Shown piece by piece: positions 1 through 12,519 of a DNA stretch of 64,000 bases; the first letter of the stretch is position 1; every line of letters begins with the position of its first letter. A model generated the notes under the pieces. It saw nothing but the letters and a program-made list of their open reading frames with translations, was not told the origin of the DNA and ran no database searches. Source of the DNA: Heterodontus francisci (taxonomy: Eukaryota); assembly GCF_036365525.1 (NCBI RefSeq), contig NC_090397.1, positions 42,413,679-42,477,678 of the forward strand, given 5' to 3'. Both the position numbers and the translations under genes were made by a program.

Positions 1-21
1 GCTTATTTAATTAACTGGTAC

Positions 22-1011
22 TGTTACGACCGAGGCAGGAGGAGTGCATTGTCTTTTCTAGCTCCACTTCTCCACAAGTCATAACATATATTTAAACGTT
101 TACCTAGTTACCGGTACAGCCAATCATACACTTTATTTTTTATCCCAGAATAAAATACTCCAACCAGGTTTCTTTAACAAACAACAAAACTTTCAGTTTA
201 CTATAAAACAAGACTTAACCAGTAATGAAGCAAAGCATTAACACACAGACTGAAATGTGAAAGTTCGCTTTTTAAATTACCCAATTACATTCACACACAC
301 TGGAAAAATACAGAAATTCTCTCTGCAGAAGTCTATTACAAAAAAGGCAAAAAAAAAAGACTACTTGGCCAAATACTTGCTAATTCTTGACACAAAAAAA
401 GATATGGAAGGAAGTTAGTTGTCCCTTTTATGGTCTGGCGTCTGGGTACACGGAGACGGGTCACTGGGATTGTTTCAGAAGCAGTTCGTTCTGGAGATGT
501 TGAGAATTATTCTAGTAGGCTTTCCAGAAGAATGTGGCACCGGGGTTATTCTGCCAGCACATACTTGAATCACAGGATTTTTCTCAGCTTCTCAGGAGTT
601 ATGCAGCATCAGGGATTTTGGCTCTCCCATTCTGTATTTTGGCAGGATTTCTTCAGAGGTAGAGAGGAGGTGAGCTGGGTGGTTTCTTTTTTCCTTGGCA
701 GGAAAACACCAACTGTCTTCAAACAGTTCACACCCCCCAAAACAATGTCCAAACTCCAAACAGAGAATCAACCTCCTGATCTCCATAAACCTTGACATGT
801 GGCTTCTCTGTAATCATTTTTTCCCAAGTCACCAAGGATTCTGTTGTTTTCTGAGCCCAAATCACAGGTGGTTTCCAACACAGGTGGTTTTCAGACAACA
901 TATCAAGTGTACTTTCAGTGAACTTGGTAAAAAAAAAACACATCCATGGAATCTTTTCAGTTTTAACACATATCCTCAAAAAAATTAAAAAATGGAAGTA
1001 CTTTTGTAACA
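22..1011 (-). mobile_element. 3' LTR of a Ty3/gypsy (Gmr1-like) retrotransposon
   Basis: Begins TGTTAC (22) and ends TGTAACA (1011); flanked at 1012-1024 by a purine-rich tract on the minus strand (CCAAGGATGGAGG) directly after the RNase H coding region. Confidence 0.8.
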
Positions 1012-3037
1012 CCTCCATCCTTGGAAGAATGAAGTTTCATTACAAAGAGTGAAAAAACAGAAGATGAAAAGTATTAAAACACATTTACGCATTCATTCTC
1101 ATTCACTCTTTACCTGTAGCTAATACAGTTCAGCTTTCTACCATCTTTGCATTCAGATAAATCAAAGCAAAGTTAGATTCTAGACAAAGCATCTGCAAAT
1201 ACATTTTTTTTCCTGCAATGTGGATAATCTTTAAGTAATAAGGTTGTAATAGTAAACTCCATTGGAATAGTCTGACATTCTGGTTTTTGAATTTTTCCAC
1301 AAAGGCTAGGGGGTTATGATCAGTATATACCTGTGTCTCTGTAGTCATGGCAGACATAGACTTCAAAATGCATAAGAGCTAGTAATAAGCCCAGGGTTCC
1401 TTTTTTCATGGTTGAATATCTTTTTTGGTGTCGATTTAGCTTTTTGGAAAAGTATCACACTGGTCTTTCTATGCCTGATTCATCACCTTGTAACAGTTGC
1501 TACTTTGAAAGGCTTAATGAAATTTGGAGCAGCCAAACTGGTTCATTAATTAAAATGGTTTTCAGCCTCTCAAAGGATTCTTGGCCCTCCCCTGACCAAA
1601 CTACCTTGTTTTTTTTTGTAGCAAATCTGTCAGTGGAGCAGCTATAGCATTAAAATTTGGTACAAACTTGTGGTAGATATCACACATCCCCCAAAACCTC
1701 ATGATTTCTTGCTTAATCTCAGGGGTAGGGAACTCCACCAATGCTTGTACTTTTGTTGTTCTTGGCAACACTTGTCCTTGCCCTACTGGGTAGGTTACTC
1801 TCACTTTTACAAATTCACTTTTGGCAAGGTTTATCACTAAATCAGCTGATTGTAATTTTCTAAACAGAGCTTCTAGTTGTTTCAAGTGGTCCTTCCAAGT
1901 ATCACTGTATTTCAGCGCATCATCAAGTTAAACTACACAGTTAGGAATCCTTGGTTCATTAGTCTCTGAAAAGTGGCCTGGGCTTTTTTTGGCCTGAATG
2001 GCATCACTCGGCATTGGAAAAGACCGTCTGGTGTGACAAAGGCCGACATTTCTTTAGCTCAGGGTGTTAAATGAACCTGCCAGTATCCCTTTAACAAATC
2101 TATTTTTGTAAGAAACATGGCACTGCCCACTCTGTCAATACAGTATTCCAAGTGAGGAATTGGGTAGGAGTCTGCCTTTGTTACTGCATTAACATTTCTG
2201 TAGTCTATGCAGAATCTAGTTGAACCATCAGGTTTAGGCGCCTACACAGCTGGGGAACTCCAGCTGCTTTGACTGGGTTCAATGAGGTGGTTTTCTGGCA
2301 TGTACTGGATTTCTGCTTTCACCTGGGCCTGTTTCTCTGGACTTAAGCGATAAGATGCTGTTTGAAAGGAAAGGATTCCCCTACATCACATCATGTGTGG
2401 CTAAGGTTATACATCCTGGCTTGTCCCGACAGACTTCTTTAAATGTTCTGAGTAGCCTTGTTAGGTCTTCTTGTTGTTCTGCATCTAAATATGAAAGCAT
2501 AGTGTCCAATCTCCCTAACAATTCAGTATTAGCCAACTGGATAGTAGGAGGTTCAATTTGAGAATTGTCTGGGCCTCCTTCTGCCTCATCCTCATTATCC
2601 CTTTCATCCTTCACTGCCCTTACCTCCTGACATACCTGTGCTTGCTTATCCTCCTCCCAGCAATGATATTGTTTCAACATATTGATATGACACAGCCAAT
2701 ACTTTTTCCAGCGATCTGGGGTATCAATCAAATAACTTACTTTACCAATTCTTTTGACCACTTTATATGGACCACTGAACATTGCTTTCAGCAGTTCACC
2801 CTGTAAAGGCAGTAATACTAACACCTCATCCCCTAGTTAAAATGTTTGGGTCTCAGCATGCTTGTCTGCCCATTTCTTTAAGGCTGTTTGGGAAGCTTTC
2901 AGGTGTTCCTGAGCCACTTTGCAGGCTCTCATGAGCCATTCCCGGAACACGGATACATAATCTAGCACAGAAGATTTGTCCCTCTGTTCTAAAAACTTTT
3001 CTTTAATTAGTTTTAGACGACCTCTTACCTCATGTCA

Positions 3038-3426
3038 GAACAAACAAAGAACAAAGGAAATTACAGCACAGGAACAGGCCCTTCGGCCCTCCAAGCCTGC
3101 GTCGATCCAGATCCTCTATCTAAACATGTCGCCTATTTTCTAAGGGTCTGTATCTCTTTGCTTCCTGCCCATTCATGTATCTGTCTAAAAGACGCTATCG
3201 TGCCCGTGTCTACCACCTCCGCTGGCAATGCGTTCCAGGTACCCACCACCCTCTGCGTAAAGCATATCCCCCCTAAACCTTTCCCCTCTCACTTTGAACT
3301 CGTGACCCCTAGTAATTGAATCGCCCACTCTGGGAAAAAGCTTCTTGCTATCCACCCTGTCTATACCTCTCATGATTTTGTACACCTCAATCAGGTCCCC
3401 CCTCAACCTCCGTCTTTCTAATGAAC
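3038..3426 (-). mobile_element. CR1 LINE 3' fragment nested in the gypsy integrase
   Basis: LERRRLRGDLIEVYKIMRG motif and simple-repeat tail; interrupts integrase at PFELVHGH|EVRG with GACAT duplicated. Confidence 0.85.
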
Positions 3427-3841
3427 TGATGTCCATGAACTAATTCAAAAGGACTAAAACTGGTAGACTCATTAGATGAATCCCTGGTAGCAAACAAAAT
3501 ACATTCTAGCCCTTTATCCCAATCATGGGGATATTCATGACAATATGCCCTGATCATTGGTTTGAGGGTCTGATGGTACCTTTCTAAAGCCCCATGTGTC
3601 TGTGGGTGGTATGCTGAAGATTTTAACTGTGTTATACCCAAATTATTCATAACTTCCTGGAAAATTTTGGACATAAAATTGGAACCTTGATCCGACTGAA
3701 TCTCAATCAGTAATCCATGTCTAGTGACGAACTGGGTTAATTCTCTACCACTACCTGAGCAGCAAATATTCTCAAGGGAATGGCCCTGAGAACCGAGTAG
3801 CCATATCCATGATAGTGAGTATATATTGGTGTCCCACTTTT

Positions 3842-4350
3842 AGAGTCATAGAGTTATAGAGTTTACAGCACAGAAACAGGCCCTTCGGCCCAACGCGCCT
3901 GCGCCGACCATCAAGCACCCGTCCTAACTAATCCCATTTTCCCGCACTTGGCCCTTAGCCTTTCATGTTATGGCGTTTCAAGTGCTCATCTAAATATTTC
4001 TTGAATGTCGTGAGTGTTCCTGCCTCTACCACCCCTTCAGGCAGTGTGTTCCAGATTCCAACCACCCTCTGGGTGAAAAAATTCCTCCTCAACTCCCCTC
4101 TAAACCTCCTGCCCCTTACCTTAAATCTATGCACCCTCGTTATTGACCTCTCCGATAAGGGAAAAAGTTTCTTCCTATCTATTCTATCAATGCCCCTCAT
4201 AATTTTGTATACTTCAATCAGGTCCCCCCTCAGCCTTCTCCACTCCAAGGAAAACAACCCCAGTCTATCTAGTCTGTCTTCATAACTGAAATGCTCCAGC
4301 CCAGGCAACATCCTAGTGATCTCCTCTGCACCGTCTCCATTGCAAGCACA
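3842..4350 (-). mobile_element. CR1 LINE 3' fragment nested in the gypsy integrase
   Basis: ORF 3955-4377 LGLFSLEWRRLRGDLIEVYK..FFTQRVVGIWN; interrupts PLPKTK|SG. Confidence 0.9.
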
Positions 4351-6192
4351 ATTTTGTTTTCGGTAAAGGTAGTACACAGTCTACCAACACCCTACTAAAT
4401 GGTTCCCCAAAAACTGGTATGGGAATTGGAGGTGCTGGTTTTATGGCAGGGTGCAGTTTTCCCACAATCTGACATGTACGGCATGTTTTACAAAACTGCA
4501 CCACGTCCTTGGGAAAGATGCGGCCAGTAAAAATGTCGACTTATATGTGACTGGGTCTTCCGGATCCCCACATCTCGCTATAGGAATTTCATGGGCTATC
4601 CTTAATATTTCCCGGTCTTACTTGGGCGATACCACTATCTGGTAAACTACCATCATTCTTCGTCCGCAGGTCTGTGAGGAGGTCTCTACTTCCTCATCAG
4701 AATCCCATTTTTAATGTAGTAGCCTTCCGGAATTCCATTTGCTTCAGCTTCAGTTAGAGACGATTGTGCCACTTTATTTAACTCTGGATCGGCTTGCTGA
4801 GCCTTGATCAGAGAAGACTTGCTGAACATTTCGTTCGGATTATCCAAATCCCCAAAGAAAGTTTCAGATATCCGGCTGTCTGTTTGTGATGCCAATTTTA
4901 CCTCTGACAATGGAATTTGTTTAGCCTTAGCTTGGGTCACTACACATGAAGGAAAAATTCCTGGAACCTTTTCCTGCAACTGTCTGTCTCTTTAACTTCC
5001 CTTGGTTTTTCTGTTACTGCTGGAGAAGCTACTACCTCCGCTCCAGCCAAATCATTCTCCAGGAGTAGGTCAACTCTGTCTACAGGAAAACTATGGACAA
5101 CTCCTACAGTTAGCATTCCAGACATTAGGTCACACTCCAGGTGCACCCAATACAAAGGTACAGGTATATACTCCCCACCGATACCATTCACTGTAACCTT
5201 GGCATTCAATGTGCTCTCTGGTGGAAATGTTATGCCTTTCCCCAGCAAAAGAATTTGGATGACTCCTGTATCCCTAAGTATAACTATAGGTTTACCTGCC
5301 TCACTTGTGGGACAAGGAATTACTTTTCCTTTTGACAAGAATTCTCTATAACTCTCAGGTACCTTATTCATTTCCCTTGCACTCAAATGACTGGCAGTGA
5401 TTTTACAAATGCCGATCAGATATGTGGGACATTGGTGTAATCAAACAAGGGGTTGGTTGGTATCAGGAGCCACAAGAGCACTTCCGAAACAGTACCTGAA
5501 TCCTAAGATTCTGTCATACCCTTAAAATCAAATCCTACATCCCTTTTAGTTTCTATATACACAAGACTTACCACAAGTTTTGTTCATTTATATTCTCATC
5601 ACTTTTTTTCCCTCCCTTCATCTCCTGAAAGCATGGAATTCTTTCTGGAGTATGGTTCCAGGGGCAGTGATTGTCAGTAGCTCTCCCAGTACAGGTGTGA
5701 GGTCATGTTTAGGCTATTTGTCAATGTGGAGTATCACACTGAAGCATGGTGCTGACCTCAGCCAACATCTCACACTTCCACAATTAGAAATAAGCAACAG
5801 GAACCCTGCCTGATTTTTCCACCAGAGTTGTTGAGGTCAATTTTAGCACCCTGACTGTCTCCCTGGCTGAGAGCAGTTAATTCAGCACAGGTCAACAATT
5901 GAAGCTGGGGTCTTCATTGCCTGAGCTACTCACTGACTAAACTTCATGAGCCACTGGAAGAATTCACCATAATATTTTAATCATATATCTTCCTATAATA
6001 TTGAGGTAAAGGATTTGATTGGAAAGCTATCCTGTGTCTGGGAAATGATCAAAGAGGGAGTGGCAGATGCCAATAGCTGAGTGTCACAGCAGGAGAACAG
6101 ATCACATAACGTAATAGTGTGGTGACCAAACAATTGTGGATTTAAATAACTGGACCAAATTTTCAACGTTGCTTAAGTTCTATGACTTGTAC

Positions 6193-6353
6193 CTGTAGGT
6201 ATAGGGTCCTTTTTGCTCAAGCACAGGTTTAGCTCCAAGATTCATAATTTCTAATGGATTTTTAACATTGAAGAGCCAGAACTGCCTGTAGACAGGGCTT
6301 CCTGTTTGTATCCAGTTTTCATATGCAAGGGTGCCTTCTTCAATAACGCCTTC
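6193..6353 (-). CDS. CD36: CD36 second coding exon (161 nt)
   Basis: TAG acceptor and GT donor; encodes EGVIEEGTLAYENWIQTGSPVYRQFWLFNVKNPLEIMNLGAKPVLEQKGPYTYR, matching CD36 QVVLEEGTIAFKNW..VYRQFWIF..GPYTYR; same size and phase as the human exon. Confidence 0.95.
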
Positions 6354-7316
6354 CTATAATAATGATCGGGAAAAAAACTGTTTTAGATAGCCTAAAATAA
6401 CACAATAACCAGAAATAGTTCCTCATTAGTTTTGAAATGTTAAACTACTTCAAGATCTCAGGGAATCAAGCTGGGGAGCAAGCTGGAAAGTGGATTTGAG
6501 GCCCAAGATCAATCATGAATATTGAATGGCAGAGCAGGCTCAATGGGACGTATGGTCTACTCCTGCTCCTATTTCTTATTTTCTTATTACAGAGAATCAA
6601 CAATCAGGTTTCTCCACACTGTGATAGTGACTTACATGAAACTTCTCTCACACCAATCACTTATGCACCTCACCCGATCGGACAGGTCAGGCAGCTTGCA
6701 TACAGTGAATGGGTACATGTGCTAATATTGCTGCAGGTGGTGGGGGTGTCGGCAGGACGAAGCTGCAAATTGTGGCATTGGTGAGCTGCAGTGCTGGTGG
6801 GTCTGGCAGAAAAAAAGGCACAGAGGCTTCTCTCATTACAGCAGTGTTGTGAACAACTGTCACCTTGTGGCCCCAATTCCACCTTCTATGAAATGCACCT
6901 GCTTTGGGGGCTCCAGAGGAGGGACTGACAGGAATACCAGATGGTAACACCACCCTGCTAGTCCCGCTTACTACCTTGATATCAGATTGAAAGGGAGCAT
7001 ATTGTTATATCCCAGAAAGCAGTTGGTGAAGGATGATACTTTATTCAGTCTTACATTTATTTATCGAGTGAATCATTATAAGCATGCACCTTCTAATCCA
7101 AGCACACCACAGTTTCAGTGAGTGTCTCTTTATATGTGCTCAAGTGAAACCCCAATTAATGCCCTCCATCTGCATATAATTAAACACAATTGATATACAA
7201 TTCGCACATATGTGGGATCTGCCTCATCACTGCTCCCATACTTGTCCAGGATCACTAGTAAAGTGGAGTGAAGAACTTGTCGTGCCTGGAACCTCCTCCA
7301 TTTCTTGTTTGTTCCA

Positions 7317-7712
7317 CAGAATCATAGAATTATTACAGCACAGAAGGAGGCCATTCGGCCCAAAGTGTCTCCGAATGAGCAATTCACCTAGTGCCATTCC
7401 CCCGTCTTCTCCCTGTAACCCTGCACATTCTTCCTTTTTAGATAAGAGTCTAACTCCCTTTTGAAAGCCTTGATTGAACCTGCTTGCACCACGTTCTCAG
7501 GCAGTGCATTCCAGACCTTAACCACTTGCTGCGTGACAAAGTTTTTTCTCATGTCGCAATTGCTTCTTTTGCCAATTACCTTAAATCTGTGCCCTCTCAT
7601 TCTCGATCCTTTCATGAGTAGGAACAATTTTTCCCTATCTATTCTGTCAGGCCCCTCATGATTTTGAATAACTATCAAATCACTTCTCCGCCTTCTCTTC
7701 TCATGCCAGCAG
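7317..7712 (-). mobile_element. CR1 LINE 3' fragment
   Basis: RGHRFKV..VVKVWNALPENVV motif in ORF 7388-7828 and CATAGAAT-type tail. Confidence 0.8.
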
Positions 7713-8139
7713 CTAAACGTTTTTGAGACTGGCTTACAAAGATATTGGGATGCTGACACGTTTGAGTTAGAGAGTTGCGGTTTATATTTCTCCCAAATTT
7801 CATATTTTAATTCAAGCTGGTTATGCAATGCTCAGTTTATTTCATGAAGCTCTCTTACAGCCAGCAGAAAAGAGAACAACCTTCAATCAAGATTCAAACC
7901 CAGATGCCAAAGATGTGAGACCAGTGTGCTAACAAATCCAGTGAGTATCAAATGATTTAATGAGTGAATAAAAACAACAGGAATTTGTTGTCTTAGACCA
8001 TAGCACACTCACATCACCATTATTTTAGTAAGTATCAGCAGTATAGTGCAGCAGAAACATAAATATTAAAAAAATGTTCAGCACATACCTATTTTTAAAG
8101 ATATAAGTAACATTATTCATGTATAAAGTTAGAATGTAC

Positions 8140-8259
8140 CTTATTGACAGTATCCTGGATTATTGCATTTCCAATTGGTATCAGAATACCTCCAATTATC
8201 AACAACAGCGCACCAACAGTAATTCCAATACTAAGTAAAACTTTTCTGTTACAGTGCAT
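8140..8259 (-). CDS. CD36: CD36 first coding exon (120 coding nt; N-terminal Cys and transmembrane helix)
   Basis: ATG at 8259; MHCNRKVLLSIGITVGALLLIIGGILIPIGNAIIQDTVNK then GT donor in phase 0; matches CD36 MGCDRN..GGILMPVGD.LIQKTIKK and joins in frame to 6353. Confidence 0.93.
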
Positions 8260-8448
8260 TATTCCCAATCAGGCTAAGATCAGGCAAACTCGAATGTTGC
8301 AGGACAAAGGCAGCAGCCAACAAACAATGCAAGAAGACAGCCCGAGAATCCAGGAGCCAGTTAAAAGTCCAACTTTTTTGTCAGAAGATGAAAGAACATT
8401 TAAAGACAAATAAGAAGAGTGAAGCACTAATAACATGGGGTTTGGCTG

Positions 8449-8524
8449 CGGTCAAGGTCAATGCACACAAAATTTGCTTTCACAAAAACGTACAAAGTTC
8501 AGTTAGCAAAGTTCACATGATAAG
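8449..8524. promoter_or_regulatory. Cluster of nuclear-receptor half-sites and a GATA site upstream of the CD36 ATG
   Basis: TCAAGGTCA 8452-8460, CAAAGTTCA at 8493-8501 and 8507-8515, TGATAAG 8518-8524; a minus-strand TATAAAA lies nearby at 8597-8591. Motif matches only. Confidence 0.35.
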
Positions 8525-9026
8525 AAACATATGCTGACAATACTAGTGATGCTTGCTTAACAGATTCATATTGCTCTCCTCGATCTGCTATTTTATAAAT
8601 ACAATTTGTTGTTATTTTACCAAAGGGCTTAACCTATTTAGAATAACTAGGATAAGACCGCATTAAAATAGGGGACAAAGCAATGTACCATGAAAAGGTT
8701 AAATGTTTGTCTGCTAAAACGGCCAAGATTCATGGAACTGGCACAGATCAATTGAGCAAAGCCAGGAGATCAAGCAAGAAAGTCTTAAGCATGTTTCTCT
8801 CCCCATGTGCTCCAAGCATGATCTTCCATTTTGGGAAAAATTTCTGTGCAGCTTTGCTCCGACAAAATGTTTCATGAAGGACCTCAGATACATGTACAGC
8901 CAGCAATTAGGAGGGTAAATGGTATGTTGGTCTTTTTTTGGAAGGGAGTTGGAGTCCAAGAGTAAGGAAGTCTTGCTGGAATTGTACAGGGCTTTGGTGA
9001 GACCACACCTTGAGTACTATGTATAG

Positions 9027-9790
9027 TTTTGGTTTTATTTCCAAAATATACTTTATTCATAAAAATCTGCAAAAATTACATTGCCAAACAGTTTCAAACA
9101 GCACCAAAAAATACAAACATTGCAAGGGAGATCAGTTTCCTTCTATACTATCATGGGTTTCTTCACAACCCTTCCATTTCACTATTGTCATGCCAATTAC
9201 AGTTTTACATTTACAGCAAAAGAAAATATCAACGATACAGTTCGAGGGGTTTCCCATGGATCCAGCCCCTCAGTTCAGCTTGGTGGGGGGCCTTACACTG
9301 TGGTCTTTCCCCATTGAGCCTTTGCTGCGGCTGCCCCAAGCTTTAGTGCGTCCCTCAGCACGTAGTCCTGGACCTTGGAATGTGCCAGTCTGCAACATTC
9401 GATGGTGGACAACTCTTTGCACTGGAAGACCAGCAAGTTTCGGGCAGACCAAAGGGCATCTTTCACCGAATTGATAGTCCTCCAGCAGCAGTTGATGTTT
9501 GTCTCGGTGTGCGTCCCTGGGAACAGCCCATAGAGCACAGACTCCTGTGTTACAGAGCTGCTTGGGATGAACCTCGACAAAAACCACTGCATCTCTTTCC
9601 ACACCTGCTTTGCAAAGACACATTCCAGGAGGAGGTGGGCGACCGTCTCTTCCCCACCACAGCCAACGCGGGGGCACTGTGCGGAGGGGGCGAGACTTCG
9701 GGTGTGCATGAAGGATCTGACGGGAAGGGCCCTTCTCACCACCAGCCAAGCAACGTCTTGGTGCTTGTTTGAAAGTTCTGGTGATGAGGC
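9027..9790 (-). mobile_element. Tx1/L1-clade LINE 3' end (zinc-finger domain and A-rich tail)
   Basis: ORF 9293-9868: AWLVVRRALPVR..CPRVGCGGEETVAHLLLEC..VW; minus-strand AATAAA and A-rich tail near 9030-9060. Confidence 0.8.
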
Positions 9791-10146
9791 ATGTGTATAC
9801 CAATGAATATACATTGCACACCTAGGTTCTGTTATAAGATTACTTTGCGACCTCAACTTTAAAGTCACTGTGATATTTTTGTGTCCTTAAAACCTTACTC
9901 TAGTTTATTCTGGCTCTTGTCCTGTAGATTACTCTTGGGAGTCACTCCCAGTTCCCCATTTAAAGTGTAACTACCATGCCTGGAAATCGCTGTCTAGTAA
10001 TCACCTATTTTATGATTCCATAAATTCTCACTTTGGTTGCAAAAGCAGTAGAGCATCACACCAGATCTTAGATATTTAGACATTAGATCTTTATGGTAAA
10101 TATCCCTCCACCCAGCTCATTGAGTAGACAATATAAGAAAAATATC

Positions 10147-10965
10147 CTCTCGCTCCTCGCTAGCCAAGGCCCCAAACACTCTTTTCAGGTGAAGCAGCGA
10201 TTTACTTGTACTTCTTTCAATTTAGTATATTGTATTTGCTGCTCACAATGTGGTCTCCTTTACATTGGGGAGACCAAACGCAGATTGGGTGACTGCTTTG
10301 AAGAACACCTTCGCTCAGTCCAAAAACATGACCCTGAGCTTCCTGTCGCTTGCCATTTCAATACACCCCCCTACTCTCATGCCAACATCTCTGTCCTGGG
10401 ATTGCTGCGTTGTTCCAGTGAACATCAGTGCAAGCTAGGGGAACAGCATCTCATTTACCGATTAGGCATGCTACAGCCTTGAGTTCAATAATTTCAGAGC
10501 ATGACTGGCCCCCTCCCTTTTTTTATTTATAGTTTTATTTTTTTATTTTAGTTTGTTTCATAATTTTTTTTTTACCATGTGCCTGCCCACTGTTTATTTT
10601 CATGTTTGTGCTTTTGCCAGGGCTGCTCATTTTTCTGTCATTTAACACCCACTCTGCACTAACACTGTCTTTCACCACACCATTAACACACCCTTTGCCT
10701 TTGCTGCATGACCTTCTGGTCAGTTATTCTCTGTGACCCTCTGTCCTATCAACACCTCCCCTTTTGTTATCTTTTCCTGCACACCCGCTTTATTTTCTTA
10801 AAATCTATTACATTTCTAACCTTTGCCATTTCTGATGAAAGGTCACTGACCTGAAACATTAACTCTGCTTCTCTCTCCACAGATGCTGCCAGACCTGCTG
10901 AGTATTTCCAGCACTTTTTGTTTATTATTTCAGATTTCCAACATCTGCAGTATTTTGATTTTATT
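10147..10965 (+). mobile_element. 5'-truncated Penelope-like element (GIY-YIG end plus 3' repeat) with 16-bp TSD
   Basis: NLVYCICCSQCGLLYIGETKRRL..EH; ATATAAGAAAAATATC duplicated at 10131-10146 and 10966-10981. Confidence 0.9.
10828..10864 (+). ncRNA. Minimal hammerhead ribozyme motif in the Penelope 3' region (degenerate copy)
   Basis: CTGATGA (10832-10838), stem II AGGTCA/TGACCT, then GAAAC. Confidence 0.6.
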
Positions 10966-11024
10966 ATATAAGAAAAATATCTCCATTCTAAGAACTAAGT
11001 TGTCCCATTAAATTGGAACAATTC

Positions 11025-11965
11025 TGTTATGAACGCTGGACTTTGTAACATGATTACAACAATTGTGATTTTTAAAAAAAAGTTTAACAATGGAGTCCGA
11101 AAGGACATGTGACCTCACATCCACTCTGCTAAAGGACAAGACAAATCAAAGACATTTTTGGGGAATAAAGACTGCAAGGCTAACACCTGAAGAACAATGG
11201 GTTTCACCCTCCCAAACTTTCGGGTCATTAAAAAAAGGAGTCAATGATTTTCAAGGTGCAGATGTATCAAGCGACTGTCAACACCTGGGAACAATGGAAG
11301 GCCCAGGTGGTTCTGTGAAACCAGACTTCTGGATTTTGCAAACTGGATTAGGATAATAAGCTATTGATTTATGAGTCCAGATAAATTTATATTTTCTGAA
11401 GACAGAGAGGCTGTAGGGAGAAAACCAGTGGTTGGAGGCTCAAGGCAGGCTGTAAGAAGTGAACCCAGTGGTTGCAGCTGTATAGCAGGCTGTAAAGAAA
11501 GACAACCAGGGGCTGCAGCCTCAAAAGAGAGAGGGGATGCCTGAAACAGCAAAAGGCTGCGAAGACTTAAACTTTTTCTGAAAGTTGAAGCGTAGATAAG
11601 TAGAAGACCAGCAGGATCACTAGGAATCACCTCATTTACAGACGTCCAGTTCAGACGTGCTCAGAGTAGTAAGCCAAGAGGCCATTCATTTTGAAAAGGT
11701 CTGGGAGATCCAACCCATTGCTACTGGAAGGAATTTGGGACATTTAACCACAAAGGATATCCCCATCTAAAAGGACTGTGTAACGTATATGTGTGGTATG
11801 AGGTTTTCAAGTATGTTAATAAGTAAAGAAAATACCTTTCTTTGTAAGCTGCGGTATCAGTTACTTACAAAGTTCTGAAACATGAAATATTGTGTAATTC
11901 TTTAAATTGGTCTGGGGGTTCATATCTCATATTTTAACATTAATGGTCTCACTGAGGTTGTAACA
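11025..11965. mobile_element. Solo LTR
   Basis: TGTTA...TAACA termini; AATTC duplicated at 11020-11024 and 11966-11970; no coding remnants. Confidence 0.75.
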
Positions 11966-12374
11966 AATTCCAGCAATAGATTTTGTGTCGAACCAAATGA
12001 TATGCAACTTCCCTTTAAATGTTGTTTTAATCGATGCTGTACAAAAACTCCACTTCTTCAGGGCCCTGTGGATGTTCACTCTCACTGTGTCCAAGATAGA
12101 GTTTACATTACAACTGGAATATTATTGTGAGACATCAACCTCAATTTATTCTGTCTGTACGCAGTTCCATTAATAGTGAAATGCTTTTTAAAATATAAAT
12201 GCTGCATAAAACAGGACGTGTGATCTTTGAAAAAGTTTAAGTTAATGTTTAAGAAGTAGTGGGATTCTCCACAAGGTTCTGTCCCACAGTGAAACAGGCA
12301 GAACTTCAGCCAATGATTCCCCTCTGTCAACATGTTCAGTTCCTTCAATCAGATCTTTTCCACAGCGAGGCAAC

Positions 12375-12475
12375 TTTTCTGATGAAAGGTCACAGACCTG
12401 AAACGTTACTTGTTTCTCTCTCCACAGATGCTGCCAGACCTACTGAGTATTTCCAGCACTTTCTGTTTTTATTTG
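12375..12475 (+). mobile_element. Short Penelope terminal fragment with hammerhead core
   Basis: CTGATGA-AAGGTCACAGACCT-GAAACGTT followed by CTCTCTCCACAGATGCTGCCAGACC. Confidence 0.7.
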
Positions 12476-12519
12476 AAAAATAAACGATTTTGTCAGCGCT
12501 TGAGACGTTCTTTAATCAG

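Larger units (their letters stand above)
1012..5390 (-). mobile_element. Degenerate gypsy pol region, order PR-INT-RT-RH (Gmr1-like), 5'-truncated, in a CD36 intron
   Basis: Minus-strand fragments: protease ILRDTG (5386-4940); integrase Zn finger and core FCKTCRTCQ..FSRVLVDC, SSAYHPQTHGALERYH (4500-3430); GPY region (from 2824); gypsy RT LRFCIDYR..IDLLKGYWQV (about 2330-1830); RNase H VYTDHNPL (about 1560-1200). Many frameshifts and stops. Confidence 0.85.

Noticed and set aside
5400-5510. Possible third CD36 coding exon
   Set aside because: The translation after the candidate acceptor hits a stop and does not resemble CD36; the next exon is probably left of the window.
6600-6960. GC-richer segment in a CD36 intron with short ORFs and a minus-strand GTAAGT
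   Set aside because: No recognisable homology, no good acceptor, and the CD36 exons join correctly without it.
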